From assembly GCA_021432655.1 (NCBI GenBank), contig MU271255.1, forward strand, positions 62,001 to 84,680: a stretch of DNA of 22,680 nt, written 5' to 3'. Below, one piece after another: positions 1-10,724 of the stretch; positions within the stretch are counted from its first letter, which is position 1; every line of letters begins with the position of its first letter. The translations under genes were made by a program, and so were the position numbers. The notes beneath the pieces were generated by a model. That model did no database searches. It was not told the origin of the DNA and worked only from the letters and a program-made list of their open reading frames with translations. The DNA comes from Atractiella rhizophila. Taxonomy: Eukaryota.

Positions 1-287
1 TTCGAGAGGGCCTCTCCGCACAAGGGACACTCTGTGAGCGCCATCAGCGATCGATGTCCAGATCTTGGGGAGGTGGAGATGGATGGGGATCCGGATGACG
101 CATGGGGATGGATGGACAGGGATGACGTACGGTACGCGTTTGGACTTCGCAGGTTGAGCCTCTGCGCCCTCACCTGGGATCTGTTCAGCGCCTGCTGGCT
201 GTTCTGGGCGGAGGAGGATGCGTGGGAGGGGTACGAGGCAGCTGGTGTGGGCGACGATGCGCGCTTGAAAGAGGAAAAGATGCCCAT
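1..287 (-). CDS. 5' part of a gene running off the left edge: Ser/Pro-rich N-terminus followed by the start of a probable RING-type zinc finger
   Basis: Manual translation from ATG at 287 is stop-free to the edge: MGIFSSFKRASSPTPAASY...RSLMALTECPLCGEALS. The final CxxC context resembles the first Cys pair of RING domains. This ORF is absent from the supplied track because it has no stop in the window. Confidence 0.6.
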   Translation of the reverse strand, partial: MGIFSSFKRASSPTPAASYPSHASSSAQNSQQALNRSQVRAQRLNLRSPNAYRTSSLSIHPHASSGSPSISTSPRSGHRSLMALTECPLCGEALS

Positions 288-596
288 GCTCCCTTCTTCG
301 CCTTGGAATAAACGTTGAAAATTCTGCTCAGACTCGGGGCTGGAATCGTGCTGAGTATTATGTGAATGACGACGTAAGGCGAAGAAGGAGATGCGAAAAA
401 AAAGATGTGGTCGCTGACGCTGGGAGCGGTCAAAGGGAGTGGCTGTGCAAGATAAGATTTTTTTTCACCCAAATTCTCGACTTGCGGCCTTCGAACCAAC
501 CAAAAATCTGAGTCGATCTGAGATCCACACACGTTGACTTGGGCGCCGTTTTATTCTCCAGCTTCTCTCTGTCTTATCTATCTCTCTTTTTATTAT

Positions 597-1845
597 CTAA
601 TTATCTGTCCTCCGACACCAGCCTCGCCGTCTTCCAATCGCAACCAAAGCCTTTATGCACCCTTTTATGCTAGAGGAGGGTGGCAAACTTGTTCCCGAAG
701 GTGCTAGAAGGACGAAAGAGGGAAAGAACGAGGGTGCGTCAGCATGTAGGATGATGTGCGTCGGGCAAAGAGGGCAGCATCACTGCTGCATTACAATTCT
801 AATACCCTCTGCAATAGGCTGCAGCCCCTTCCCTGCCGAATGCGAGGCTGAGAGCTGAAGTACTCGAGTCCTGCGGCGAAAGCTAAAAGACATACCTTCA
901 TCAAATGTTAGTCAGAGCTTGACTGTATGCCGTGAAGGCCGCGGTTCAGCGATGACCTTAGCCAGAACGGTGTAGGGATATCTGAATCCTTTCAGGATGG
1001 TGAAAGCTGAAAGATTTAGAGTCTCACCGAATCTCCTGAAGCTATGTCTCAATTCATTCCGCGGGACATATCATTTGAGGACACCTTAGACTGCTTGCTG
1101 TGACCACTTTCCTCGGCCACCTTTGGATCTTCAACCCTCCTGAACGCATTTCTGTCTTGTCTAATTATAATTCCCATATGAATTCTGAATTCATCAAAGA
1201 ATCTCGGTTGAAGGGATGGACTGGGAGAGTCCCTCACAGCATTTCCGGATCGTCCATCGAACCGCACAGGTAGTGCTCGGGCATGGATCATCGAGGAGCT
1301 CCAACTTCATCCTCTAGTGTCGTGCACCGCATGTATTGAAGGAAGTTATGGCATTAAGAAGTTCTGTAAATTGGTTCATGCCCAGTGCTATCAAAATAAG
1401 TCTATTCCATACAAAGCTCTGGTCACGTGGCTGCGACATGAAAATGTTCCTCAATGTGCAACTGCAGAACTTCCTGTCGCGAATCTTCCACCGTGCCGTC
1501 TTCTGCGTATTCATATTGTTTGCTAAATAGTTACTTCCGCATTCATTTCTGGAAGGTTGGATGTGTTATTTGAACTCTGCTGAGGACTATCAACAAGAAT
1601 CGAGGACGCCATCTCTCTATGACCCCACGGGGATAGTGTCTCCAATGCCGCCCTAGCCCTAGCCCAATGTGCAGACGCAGAAACACCAGAGGTATACGTG
1701 GAAACGCTATACACTGGCAAGAGAAGATGCACAAACCATGACTCATATCCAGCCTATATGCATGGATCGTTGCAGATATGTGAAGATCTCCCAGGCCGTA
1801 TTATTACAGCATGGAAAACAAGCCTCTGTTTTCGTATACTTCCAT
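597..1845 (-). pseudogene. Heavily decayed F-box/LRR-like gene relic (copy 1)
   Basis: Stitching frames gives an F-box-like start (MEVYENRGLFSML** / AWEIFTYLQRS / SHGLCIFSCQCIAFPRIPL), an LRR-like TLNLSAFTILKGFRYP...RHTVKL*LTF, and a C-terminal IKALVAIGRRRGW...*. Many stops and frameshifts. Family assignment is by motif resemblance only. Confidence 0.4.
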
Positions 1846-2693
1846 GCACAAAGGGGATGGTATTCCTCAAGTGCGCGTTGACACAACAACACCGCAATTT
1901 TCATTCGAGTGAGTAAAAGAAGGGGATACCATGACACGGCGACAGGACGCGCCGCATAAATTGTATGAGCATTATCCAATCGCTATTACGAGAATTCCAG
2001 TCTTTTCGACACCTCTCAAGCTGGAGCAGCGCTGAAGTCTGGTACTTTCTGCGCCAGCTCCACTTTGAATCAGGATCATGTCATGCCGATTTCGGAATGG
2101 GTCCACAGTCTCCGAAGAGGGTAGGCAGAGCTGACCATCTTGACCAGTAGGAACGTAAAATGTATGTCTTTTTCTCTTCCTCAGTGGTCATTTCGGCCCT
2201 TGGAACGAAAAGATGACGAGGGATTGATCGGAACAGGTCCACCCGTTTCCGAACCTCTTAACCCATATAAGGAGCGTCCCCTCCTCCAAATGGAACTATC
2301 TTCTGTCAAAAACATTAAATCCACACTCGAAGTCGATATGCCCATGCACAAAGCGGCCATCATCCCGTCACTCAAGGGGGGATTCATCGTCCAAGACCTT
2401 GAAGATCCCGTACCGAAGAAGGGACAAGTACTGATCAAAGCCGTCGCTTGCGCCTTGAACCCTGTGGATGCATTCAGACACGACACTGGTGCGATGTGCC
2501 CCGCGTACCCTATCATCCTCGGGAGTGATGTCGCAGGAATCGTAGAGGAGCTGGGAGAGGGTGTGAGCAGGTTCAAGAAGGGCGACAGGGTGTGAGTGAC
2601 ACCTTCGTCAATGTGCCCCGGTGTGGATAGATGGCTGATACGCAGCGATAGGATGGCTGGCGTGATGGATGGTTGTTTCAGACAATATGTTGT
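851..2693 (+). repeat. Tandem duplication A, unit 1 (about 1.84 kb)
   Basis: Starts agagctgaagta (851, again at 2695) and ends gacaatatgttgt (2693, again at 4550). Collinear with 2695-4550. Confidence 0.95.
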
Positions 2694-2730
2694 AAGAGCT
2701 GAAGTATTCGAGTCCTGCGGCGAAAGCTAA
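2338..2730 (+). pseudogene. 3'-truncated duplicate of the MDR oxidoreductase (GroES-like N-domain only, about 110 aa if spliced)
   Basis: Exon 2338-2591, intron 2592-2651 (identical to the full copy), then exon 2 crosses the duplication junction and reads ...GCFRQYVV-RAEVFESCGES* (TAA 2728-2730). The Rossmann domain is missing. Confidence 0.8.
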
Positions 2731-3701
2731 AAGACATACCTTCATCAAATGTTAGTCAGAGCTTGACTTTACGCCGTGAAGGCCGCGGTTCAGCGATGAC
2801 CTTAGCCAGGACGGTGTAGGGATATCTGAATCCTTTCAGGATTGTGAAAGCCGAAAGATTTAGAGCCCTTACCGAATCTCCTGAAGCTATTTCTCAATTC
2901 ATTCCGCGAGACATATCATTTGAGGACACCTTAGACTGCTTGCTGTGACCACTTTCCTCGGCCACCTTTGGATCTTCAACCGTCCTGAACGCATTCCTGT
3001 CTTGTCTAATTATAATTCCCACACGAATTCTGAATTCATCAAAGAACCTCGGTTGAAGGGATGGACTTGGAGAGTCCCTCACAGCATTTCCGGATCGTCC
3101 ACGAACCGCACAAGTAGTGCTCGCGCATGGTTCATCGAGGAGCTCCAACTCCATCCTCCAATGAATGTCGTGCACCGATATGTTGAAGGAAGCTATGTGA
3201 TTCAAAAGTTCTGTCATGCCCAACGCTGTCTCAACAAGCCTCTATTTCAACCCTGCAGTAAGTTACAAAGCGCTGGTCACGTGGCTGGACATGAAATGTT
3301 CCTCAATGTGCAACTGCAAAGCCTCCTGTCGCGAATCCTCCACCGTGTTATCTTCTGTATATCCATATCGTTAGTGAATTGTTACTTTGATGTTCATCCC
3401 TGGACGGTTGGGTGCGTTATTTGAACTCTGGTCAAAACCATCAACAGGAAGCAGGGACCTACCTCTCTCAATGGTATGAACCCCCTGAGAACGGTGTATT
3501 TAATGCCGCTGATATAGTTCAACATGCAGACGCAAAAACACCAGAGGTAGACGTGGAAACGCTAAAAACTAGCAAGAGAAGGTGCACAAACCATGACTCA
3601 TATTTAGCAAAGATGCATATATCATTGCAGATATGTGAAGATCCGCCAGACCATATTAATATAGCACGTAAACACAAGTCGTTACTTCCATATACTTCCA
3701 T
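2695..3701 (-). pseudogene. Second, 3'-truncated copy of the F-box/LRR-like relic
   Basis: Homologous to 851-1845 (ATG GAA GTA at 3701; VWRIFTYLQ*). Cut at the duplication junction. Confidence 0.35.
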
Positions 3702-4122
3702 GCACAAAGGGGATGGTATTCCTCAAGTGCGCGTCGACACAACAACGCCGCAATTTTCTTTCGAGCGGGTAAAAAAGGGGATATGATGACAGGGCGACAC
3801 GACGCGCCGCATAAACTGTATGAGCATTACCAATCACTATTACGAGAACTCCAGTTTCTTAGGCAAGTCTCAAGCTGAAGCAGCGCTGAAGTCTGGTGTT
3901 TTCTGCCCCAGAGCTCCACTTTGAATCAGGATCATGTCATGCCGATTTCGGAATGGGGCAACAGTCTCCGAAGAGGGTAGGCAGAGCTGACCATCTTGAC
4001 CAGTAGGAGCGTAAAATGTATGTCTTTTTTCTCTTCCTCAGTGGTCATTTCGGCCCTTGGAACGAAAAGATGACGAGGGATTGATCGGAACAGGTCCACC
4101 CGTTTCCGAACCTCTTAGCCCA

Positions 4123-4128
4123 TATAAG
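4123..4128 (+). promoter_or_regulatory. TATA-like element upstream of the oxidoreductase (also at 2266-2271 in unit 1)
   Basis: TATAAG about 70 nt upstream of ATG 4195. Positional inference only. Confidence 0.3.
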
Positions 4129-4194
4129 GAGCGTCCCCTCCTTCAAAGGGAACTATTTTCTGTCAAAAACATTAAATCCACACTCGAAGTCGAT

Positions 4195-5446
4195 ATGCCC
4201 ATGCACAAAGCGGCCATCGTCCCGTCACTCAAGGGGGGATTCATCGTCCAAGACCTTGAAGATTCCGTACCGAAGAAGGGACAAGTACTGATCAAAGCCG
4301 TCGCTTGCGCCTTGAACCCTGTGGATGCATTCAGACACGACACTGGTGCGATGTGCCCCGCTTACCCTATCGTCCTCGGGAGTGATGTCGCAGGAATCGT
4401 AGAGGAGCTGGGAGAGGGTGTGAGCAGGTTCAAGAAGGGCGACAGGGTGTGAGTGACACCTTCGTCAATGTGCCCCGGTGTGGATAGATGGCTGATACGC
4501 AGCGATAGGATGGCTGGCGTGATGGATGGTTGTTTCAGACAATATGTTGTCTTGAATGAAGATGTCATTTTCAAGGTATGGAATATCGTCAAACTATAGT
4601 ATCATGAAACGTAGATTGATTATTCGTTAGGTTCCCAACAACGTCAGTTTCGAAGAAGCAGCCACGATGCCCTGCTGCTTGGGGACGGCGATGATAGGGT
4701 TATTTGACAACGCGCCGCAGGGAATCGGTCTCAACCCTTCCTTCACGTTCAAACAGCCTTCTCATACAGGTGAAAAGGCGCTCGTTATTCGCGGAAGTTC
4801 ATCCGTAGGCCAATTCGGTGCGTCATTACACACTCTTGCTTCTTCACTCCTCGTTCGTCCGCTCGATGGGACTAATGGCTGCGGCGCAAAGGAATTCAGC
4901 TGCTTAGATGGCTGGGATTCACTGAGATTGCCGCGTACGCATCTGAAAAACATTCCGCTCACCTCCTCTCTCTCGGAGCCACGAAGGTGCTCGACCATTC
5001 CAAAGTCATACTGGGAGATCTCCGAAAGACAATTTCAAACTTTGACGTCGTCTTGGATGGCCTCTCGACTGCGGAATCGCAGGCTGCGAGCCTGGATTGT
5101 TTGAAGGAAGGAGGGAAGATGGTGAACGTGATGTTGCGATTCCCTGAAGGAATTGAGGAGCGTTTAAAGGCCGAGAACAAAGTGGGAGCGACGGTTTATG
5201 GTCTTTTTGACAGGAGCGCAATAACCAAGGCTGCTCATGATGGAGTCCCCAGGCTGATGCAAGAAAGGTTGTTGGTCGTATGTCTTCTTTCTTCATCACT
5301 GAATCTGGGAGGTGAGGCAGTTATTACAGGGAAATCGATACGAAATTTTGCCGGGAGGCTTGTCAGGAATAGAGGCAGGTATTGGTCGCATAAGGAATAA
5401 AGAAGTTAGCGGTATAAAGCTAGTAGCTCGACCTTTCGACGAGTAG
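4195..5446 (+). CDS. Medium-chain dehydrogenase/reductase (MDR) superfamily, enoyl-reductase-like zinc-independent NAD(P)H oxidoreductase, about 336 aa
   Basis: Exons 4195-4448, 4509-4575, 4631-4817, 4892-5277, 5330-5446 (1011 nt, all GT-AG, in frame). Motifs: LNPVD, PIVLGSDVAGIVEELGEGVSRFKKGDRV, VPNNVSFEEAATMP, GSSSVGQFGIQL, LSLGATKVLD, VSGIKLV. No GHE zinc-ligand motif. Confidence 0.92.
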
Positions 5447-5723
5447 GAACCACATCCTGATCAAATTTATTCATCCAAGTATTGAGAAATGTGAGCGAGA
5501 TGAACATGTGGAGATAAGTTCTTTGAGGGCGAAGCCTCCATTCCATGGACAGTTGTTTGAGTGGCCATTCACGAGCACATGCAGAAAAGCAAGCGATTTG
5601 TTATTGTTATACTGTTACAGGTGTTACAGACTCAAAAGAACTCTGAGCCTATCATGCTTCGGCTGCAGGACTCACACAACGTTCCCGTCAGAGGTGCTCG
5701 CGGTTGCTTGAGCTTATCTATAA

Positions 5724-7215
5724 TTATCCAATGAACCGCTGAGCTTTCGAGTTTTCTGGAACAGGTTGCTGCTATACCCTCCGCAAAATCTTGTGGCTCG
5801 CAACATCTTCTTCTGTCTTGGTCGATGGTCGGACGAACTCACTGTTGCTCCTTGAGGATGAGTATCAATCGTGAGCTCTCTGATCAGGGAGTCATGTCGT
5901 GGGGAAGAGCTGCTCATCTTCGTATCGGGAAAAGGGCGAGTTCTATGAAAACTTGGATGCCTTTTCGAGGAGACCAACAACCTTGGATGAATGTTCGTCC
6001 ACAAAACTTCCTTCAAGTAAGAAGGTCATGAACCTAAGCTGTTGTCCTGCCGAATTTGTCATTCTCTGAAGCTTCGTAACATTAGAAAGCGGCATCGAGG
6101 ATATCGTTGCCTACCGATTTGATCAAGTTAGGTCCCACCTTTTCAGATCCCATAAACCACAATATAATAGTGTGAGATCTTACTCAATCATGGCAATGGA
6201 TAAGTGGTGGACGCTGGAGCTAGAACGTGAAGCGGGTAAGGACGGAAGAAGGCAATCAAGACTGCATGAAGCAAAAGAGCTTTCTGAGGCCGACAGACAT
6301 GGCCAGACAATGACAATAGACGTCTGTTGTCCGAACAGTAAAGCATCACCTTTCCCTTTTCACAAGACTTGATTGGCTTCAAGTTGATTGACAACTCACG
6401 GTAGTTTCGGGGGATCGCTAGCACTACTGAAGCTGTGCCGCTCAATAAGAGGGTGCGAGCTTGAAAGTGGATGCTGGATGCTGTGGAAACTACTGTGGGA
6501 TATTCTGGGCCTTTGGACCAGCGAGTGGCGGTAGAAGGTTTTGAAAGTTTGTGAAGAAGGCCCGGGGTGGCCGATGACCGTGAACCAGCACAACGTACAT
6601 CTTTCGAACATTCCCATCTACCAAAGCTTCGTGTAGAACCAATGTATCCTTCATTCCCAGGGATGGATCGTGCATAGCTCCAAGCTTCAACGAGTTCGAG
6701 AACTAATCCGTGTCATGGATCCGGGCTCAGGAGAGGCACTGTACCAGGAAGGGAATCGGAGCTGCTGAGTGAGGTAGAAGGTGAACGTCTCTAAGAGTAC
6801 TGTCTTTCAATCCTCTTATTCATTGGAGTTCTCTTGCTTGCTCGTGGGATCCGATGTCTGTCCTCCTCGGCTCGCCAGAGACCCACTTGGAGATTCTGCA
6901 GTATCTGAGTGACGGTCTCTTGAAACGATCAGAGAATTGTGGAGGCGAAAGTGTGGAGTTGAGGCTCGGCTGACTGATCCAATCCATTTCCCCAGCTCTG
7001 TTACCAGCGCAGCAAGAATGCTTGCTCGGGAACCATCCCTTCTCACCCGTATTGCGTTACGTTGCGCTCGTCAACAGAGATCGAGAGGAGCACGAACACC
7101 TCCAAAAAGCCTGCAACGAATACGCAACGCCAAAAAAGGTTCACTGCATGCCAAACCCGATCATTCTCAAACTTCAACTCATTCAGCCATTCTGGCATCT
7201 GAAAAACAAATCTGA
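5724..7215 (+). pseudogene. Possible old F-box/LRR-like relic
   Basis: Scattered fragments in plausible order across frames: LSNEPLS, LLLSWSMVGRTHCCSLRMSINREL (compare LSAWSLVNRRWNDILQSMIF in the intact gene), LLSCRICHSLKLRNI, SHLPKLRV, PVLRYVALVNRDREEHEHLQKACNEY. Many stops and approximate boundaries. Confidence 0.25.
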
Positions 7216-7651
7216 AATTTGGAAGCTTTCCACGAGCCAAGGCTTTGTCGGGTTCAATCAGCCTTACTTCCAATTCAGAAAAGCTCGAAACCAACTCGAA
7301 CTGTCCGAGGCTCCAAAATGGTTGAATTTGGGCGTTTGTTATTTGCGGAGATGGTTTCGATGGTATCACGCATGCTGATTTCATTCAAGGACTGTGGCTG
7401 CGGCAGTCCATAAGTGGAATCTACGAGGAGATGGCACTGACCTGATTCATTCATCCTCACGAAAGTCCAAGTTCTCATGGAAGCTCCACAAAGCGAACTA
7501 GTGCCGAGGCATGACCTTCTTACCTTACTTCTCCATATTGCGCCGTGCAGCTGCTACTTAAGCAGTGAACCCGTTCACGTTTCGTTTCAAGCAATCTGTT
7601 CAGTGTTCACTCTTTCCTGCACTCTTTCCATCCCTCCTCGCTGTGGCAAAC

Positions 7652-9310
7652 ATGAGCAGCGAAGCATCAGCCCAAGATTTCCTGCAGTGGACGCACGCGC
7701 AGTACCGACTTCATATTATGCCCGTCGTCATCGGAGCGTCCATAGGCTTCATATTATTCGGGGTGTCGCTACATCAGTTCTTGCACGTCTTCAAGCTCAT
7801 GCACGAACGAGCGACTACGTATTCCAGGTCATGGTGGATAATAGTGGTCTTATTCTGGCTCAGCTTTGGAGACACGTATGTGCTACTTCTCTCCGTCTCC
7901 GGCTGTTAATGCTGGAGCAGCCTGAACAAGTTGATTCTTTTCGTCAACTACATGGAAGGCGCCACTCTTCATGGGATACTCTTATTTGTCAGACCGGTCG
8001 ATCCAACAATCAGTAAGCTTTGTTACTTGTCCAACAGCATAACCTCAAACGCTGTGATAGTCCCAACCGCAATTTTTCAGGGCGGTCTCATAGTGTTTGT
8101 CCAACTGCTCTACGTTAATCGAATCTTGCGGATCGTCCGGTTTGTGACTTTGTCAAATCTCGAATTACTTAATGACTCTGATCTAGGAGTACGGGAGCCA
8201 AGTTCAACCCGTCTCATCGTCAGGCAAAGCTCCTGACATACGTGTACGGCTCACCGCCTGTCCCATTGAAGTCAAACTAACAGCAAGACAGGTGTCTCGG
8301 TGTGGCTGGAGTGTTGATAATCACCTCAGTAAGTTCTCCACACGGCGAAATGTGGAAGCTGAGCTCACAACGTGACAGCTCGTCGGCTTTGCATGGGGCG
8401 CCATTGTTGAGGACAGGCCGATTATCCATTACTTCCCAGATCTGCTCGTTCCAGGTATCTTGAGTCTGGGCTGTAAGTTTCCTTGTCCACCCCTTCCTAC
8501 ACCCTTCTGATCATGATTCGCTGTAGGTGCCTCGGCCGTGGATGCCATCCTCTGCGCGTGCATGGTTTACCATCTGCAACAACACAAAACGAAATCAGAT
8601 TTCGACAAGACCAACTTCATGGCTACAAAAGTACGTCCTCACTCCATCTTGAACTTATCAACTGACCACTTGACATGATCAGTTCATGTAAGTTCCTCAG
8701 GATGTACTTTGGAGAAAGTGCGGCTCATCAAACCTTTAGCAAGCTGACGCTTGAAACTGGACTCATACCAACTGTAGTACAGGTACGTTGACCATCTTTG
8801 GACCGTTATGGAAGTTGACAGAAATTTAGTTCCTGGAACTGCTCTTTATAATCTTTAAACCAGTCAGTTGCTTTTCCTTCCGTGTAGCAAGACACTGAAT
8901 GTGGTTGAAGCGCTCAGGATGGTGGGGAGCCGTTGGATACTTTATTGCCAAGGTCATCCAGTCTTATCCATGGTATACGGATGGTTGACTGACAAATTAT
9001 GCACAGCTATACGTGATTGCTGCACTCGCTCTATACGAAGCCGCCTTCGCCACCGATGTCTCAACAATAAGTCGGGGCAACATGCCACCTTCGCAACTCT
9101 CGAGAGGGCGATTCCAAGACCAAATCCTTGTGTGTTTCCAGCTCCTCTTCTCTGATAACGAGCTGAGAAAGGAACCAGGTGACAGAGATGTCCGTGCAGC
9201 ACGCTGATGTCATGGAGCAGTCGGTACAGCTCAAAGACGTCCGTTCTCCTCAATTCTTCCACGAGAAGAAAGCGGACCCTGTGTCGAACGCTCCAAGCTA
9301 TGAGGTCTGA
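7652..9310 (+). CDS. Multi-pass (about 6-7 TM) fungal integral membrane protein, DUF6534-like, about 354 aa, 13 exons
   Basis: Exons 7652-7875, 7921-8012, 8061-8139, 8187-8243, 8292-8328, 8379-8472, 8527-8630, 8683-8687, 8740-8782, 8830-8862, 8911-8952, 9007-9129, 9179-9310 join to a stop-free 1065 nt frame. Motifs typical of this basidiomycete family: IGFILFGVSLHQ, FVQLLYVNRI, SAVDAILCACMVYHL, KFIKLTLETGLIPTVVQ, FIAKLYVIAAL. Confidence 0.85.
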
Positions 9311-9461
9311 AATTCGGGATGCTGTCGTCGGCTTCTCGCTCGTGCCTCGTTTGTGTGCATTCTGATTGTGGTGAATCTTGGGCTTGAAGCTTGTTAGGCA
9401 AGGTGTTGTAGAGTATTTGATCGTGCAATCGTGAACATCGTTCATCCTGCTAGTAGATTAC

Positions 9462-10614
9462 AAAGTTGTGCGGTGGAAGCTTTGGTCACACTTTCTGGCA
9501 CGTCAATGACTTCTGATTCAGATCTCCACCACCATAGCTCCAGCTTGGCTCTAGCAATAGTCGTTCTGTCTAACGTTAAGTGCAATCCTCATGTCATTCA
9601 GCGCTGCAGCTCTTTGTTTCGACCCTATCACCAGGAACCGAACCGGATGGTTTGATGTCCTGACTAGCAGACGGCTATACCTCATTGTTCCTGCCGCTAC
9701 GCTGCCTCACAGTTGCAGTTATCGAGCTCGAGCAAGAATGGTAGTCGCCGATGGTATTACCGCGAAGTAGAGGCTGAGTACTTCGATTTAGGGCTAATTG
9801 TTGGTGATTCAGTGGTGAGTTCTTTCGATCCAACCTGGACTCCGAGAGTAGGAAGATATACTTTCAAGTTAAATTGTACTACACACTATTATTTGGCCTC
9901 TATAACTTCTCCAAGAACCATCTGGTGTCCCGATTGCAGATTACAGTAAGTCTGTGTAATTTGTCGTTGGAGGTTCTGATTCCATGCTTTAAAGCAACTT
10001 GAGGCATTGATTCTACAACATTTTATGGCGTAACATCAGATTATTTCGTACACAGTTCGAGGATATTAAGCAAGTGCAATCGTTTACACGCGCCATATGG
10101 TGTTTATTGGCCCATTGCTAACTATTGTCTGCTGGTTGTCGCGATATAAGACCCCGTGTCTGCGCTGTTTTGCACACCGAGCGTAAACACACTGAAACCG
10201 TTACAATACTGACAGGAATGCCTACGGGGCTTTTGTGACTTCTCCTTCGTCTGTTACTATCGAAAATGACTTCTACCGACGCGGCCATCGTCAGGAACAC
10301 CATCAACCCTTCTTCTCAAAACAATATCGCCCATGTTGTAACAAAACCGACTACCCTTGCTTCATCCTCAACGGATAGCCAAATCGTCCTGTCGCAGGAA
10401 CATGAGGAGCAGGATACAAGCGCTCGCGGCGATGAACGAGCAATGGGATCTGACAAAGAAGAGGAGTCGGCGCCTGAATTTCGGGGCAACATCAGGCAAT
10501 GGACCGCCTGGTTGGCCTCCACTTCTCCCACTGCAGCCGAAACTCTCGATTCTCTACCTAGCGAGCTCCTCCGTCTTATTCTCGTCTTTGCTTCCTCCTC
10601 AGTGCCTCTTTCGA
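9462..10614 (+). repeat. Tandem duplication B, unit 1 (about 1.15 kb)
   Basis: Starts aaagttgtgcggtggaagc and ends gtgcctctttcga. Collinear with 10619-11776, roughly 95% identical by eye. Confidence 0.95.
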
Positions 10615-10724
10615 AAAAAAAGTGTGCGGTGGAAGCTTTGGTCACCATTTTTGGCACGTCAATGACTTTGGGTTCTGCACCACCATCGCTCCAGCTTGGC
10701 TCTAGCAATAGTCGTTCTGTCTAA
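10266..10724 (+). pseudogene. 3'-truncated chimeric duplicate of the F-box/LRR gene (152-aa ORF)
   Basis: Matches the N-terminus of the gene at 11428 up to LPSELLRLILVFASSSVPLS, then crosses the junction into KKKCAVEALVTIFG...SRSV*. Confidence 0.8.

Larger units (their letters stand above)
2695..4550 (+). repeat. Tandem duplication A, unit 2 (about 1.86 kb)
   Basis: Direct repeat of 851-2693, separated from it by a single unmatched A at 2694. Confidence 0.95.

Noticed and set aside
34..318. Plus-strand 94-aa ORF and other antisense ORFs over real genes (for example 2181-2576, 11478-11819, 21411-21893, 22032-22358)
   Set aside because: Shadow frames of genes on the opposite strand, with no recognisable motifs.
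1650..1665. Small tandem repeats (gccctagccctagccc; tgttacag twice near 5613; aaattggatgycg twice at 13268-13293) as telomeric or CRISPR-like arrays
   Set aside because: Only two to three units without spacers, consistent with ordinary slippage. The context is eukaryotic with no cas genes.
4057..4194. N-terminal extensions of the oxidoreductase ORFs (also 2140-2337), the F-box ORF (11398) and the permease ORF (to 19859) in the ORF track
   Set aside because: They begin at TTG or GTG codons, or run through promoter/UTR sequence. The recognisable proteins start at ATG 4195/2338, 11428 and 19334.
9713..9949. 78-aa ORF ending in CPDC, with donor-like GTGAGT and GTAAGT nearby
   Set aside because: It has a TTG start, is interrupted by a stop in unit B2, and I could not build a coherent spliced model.
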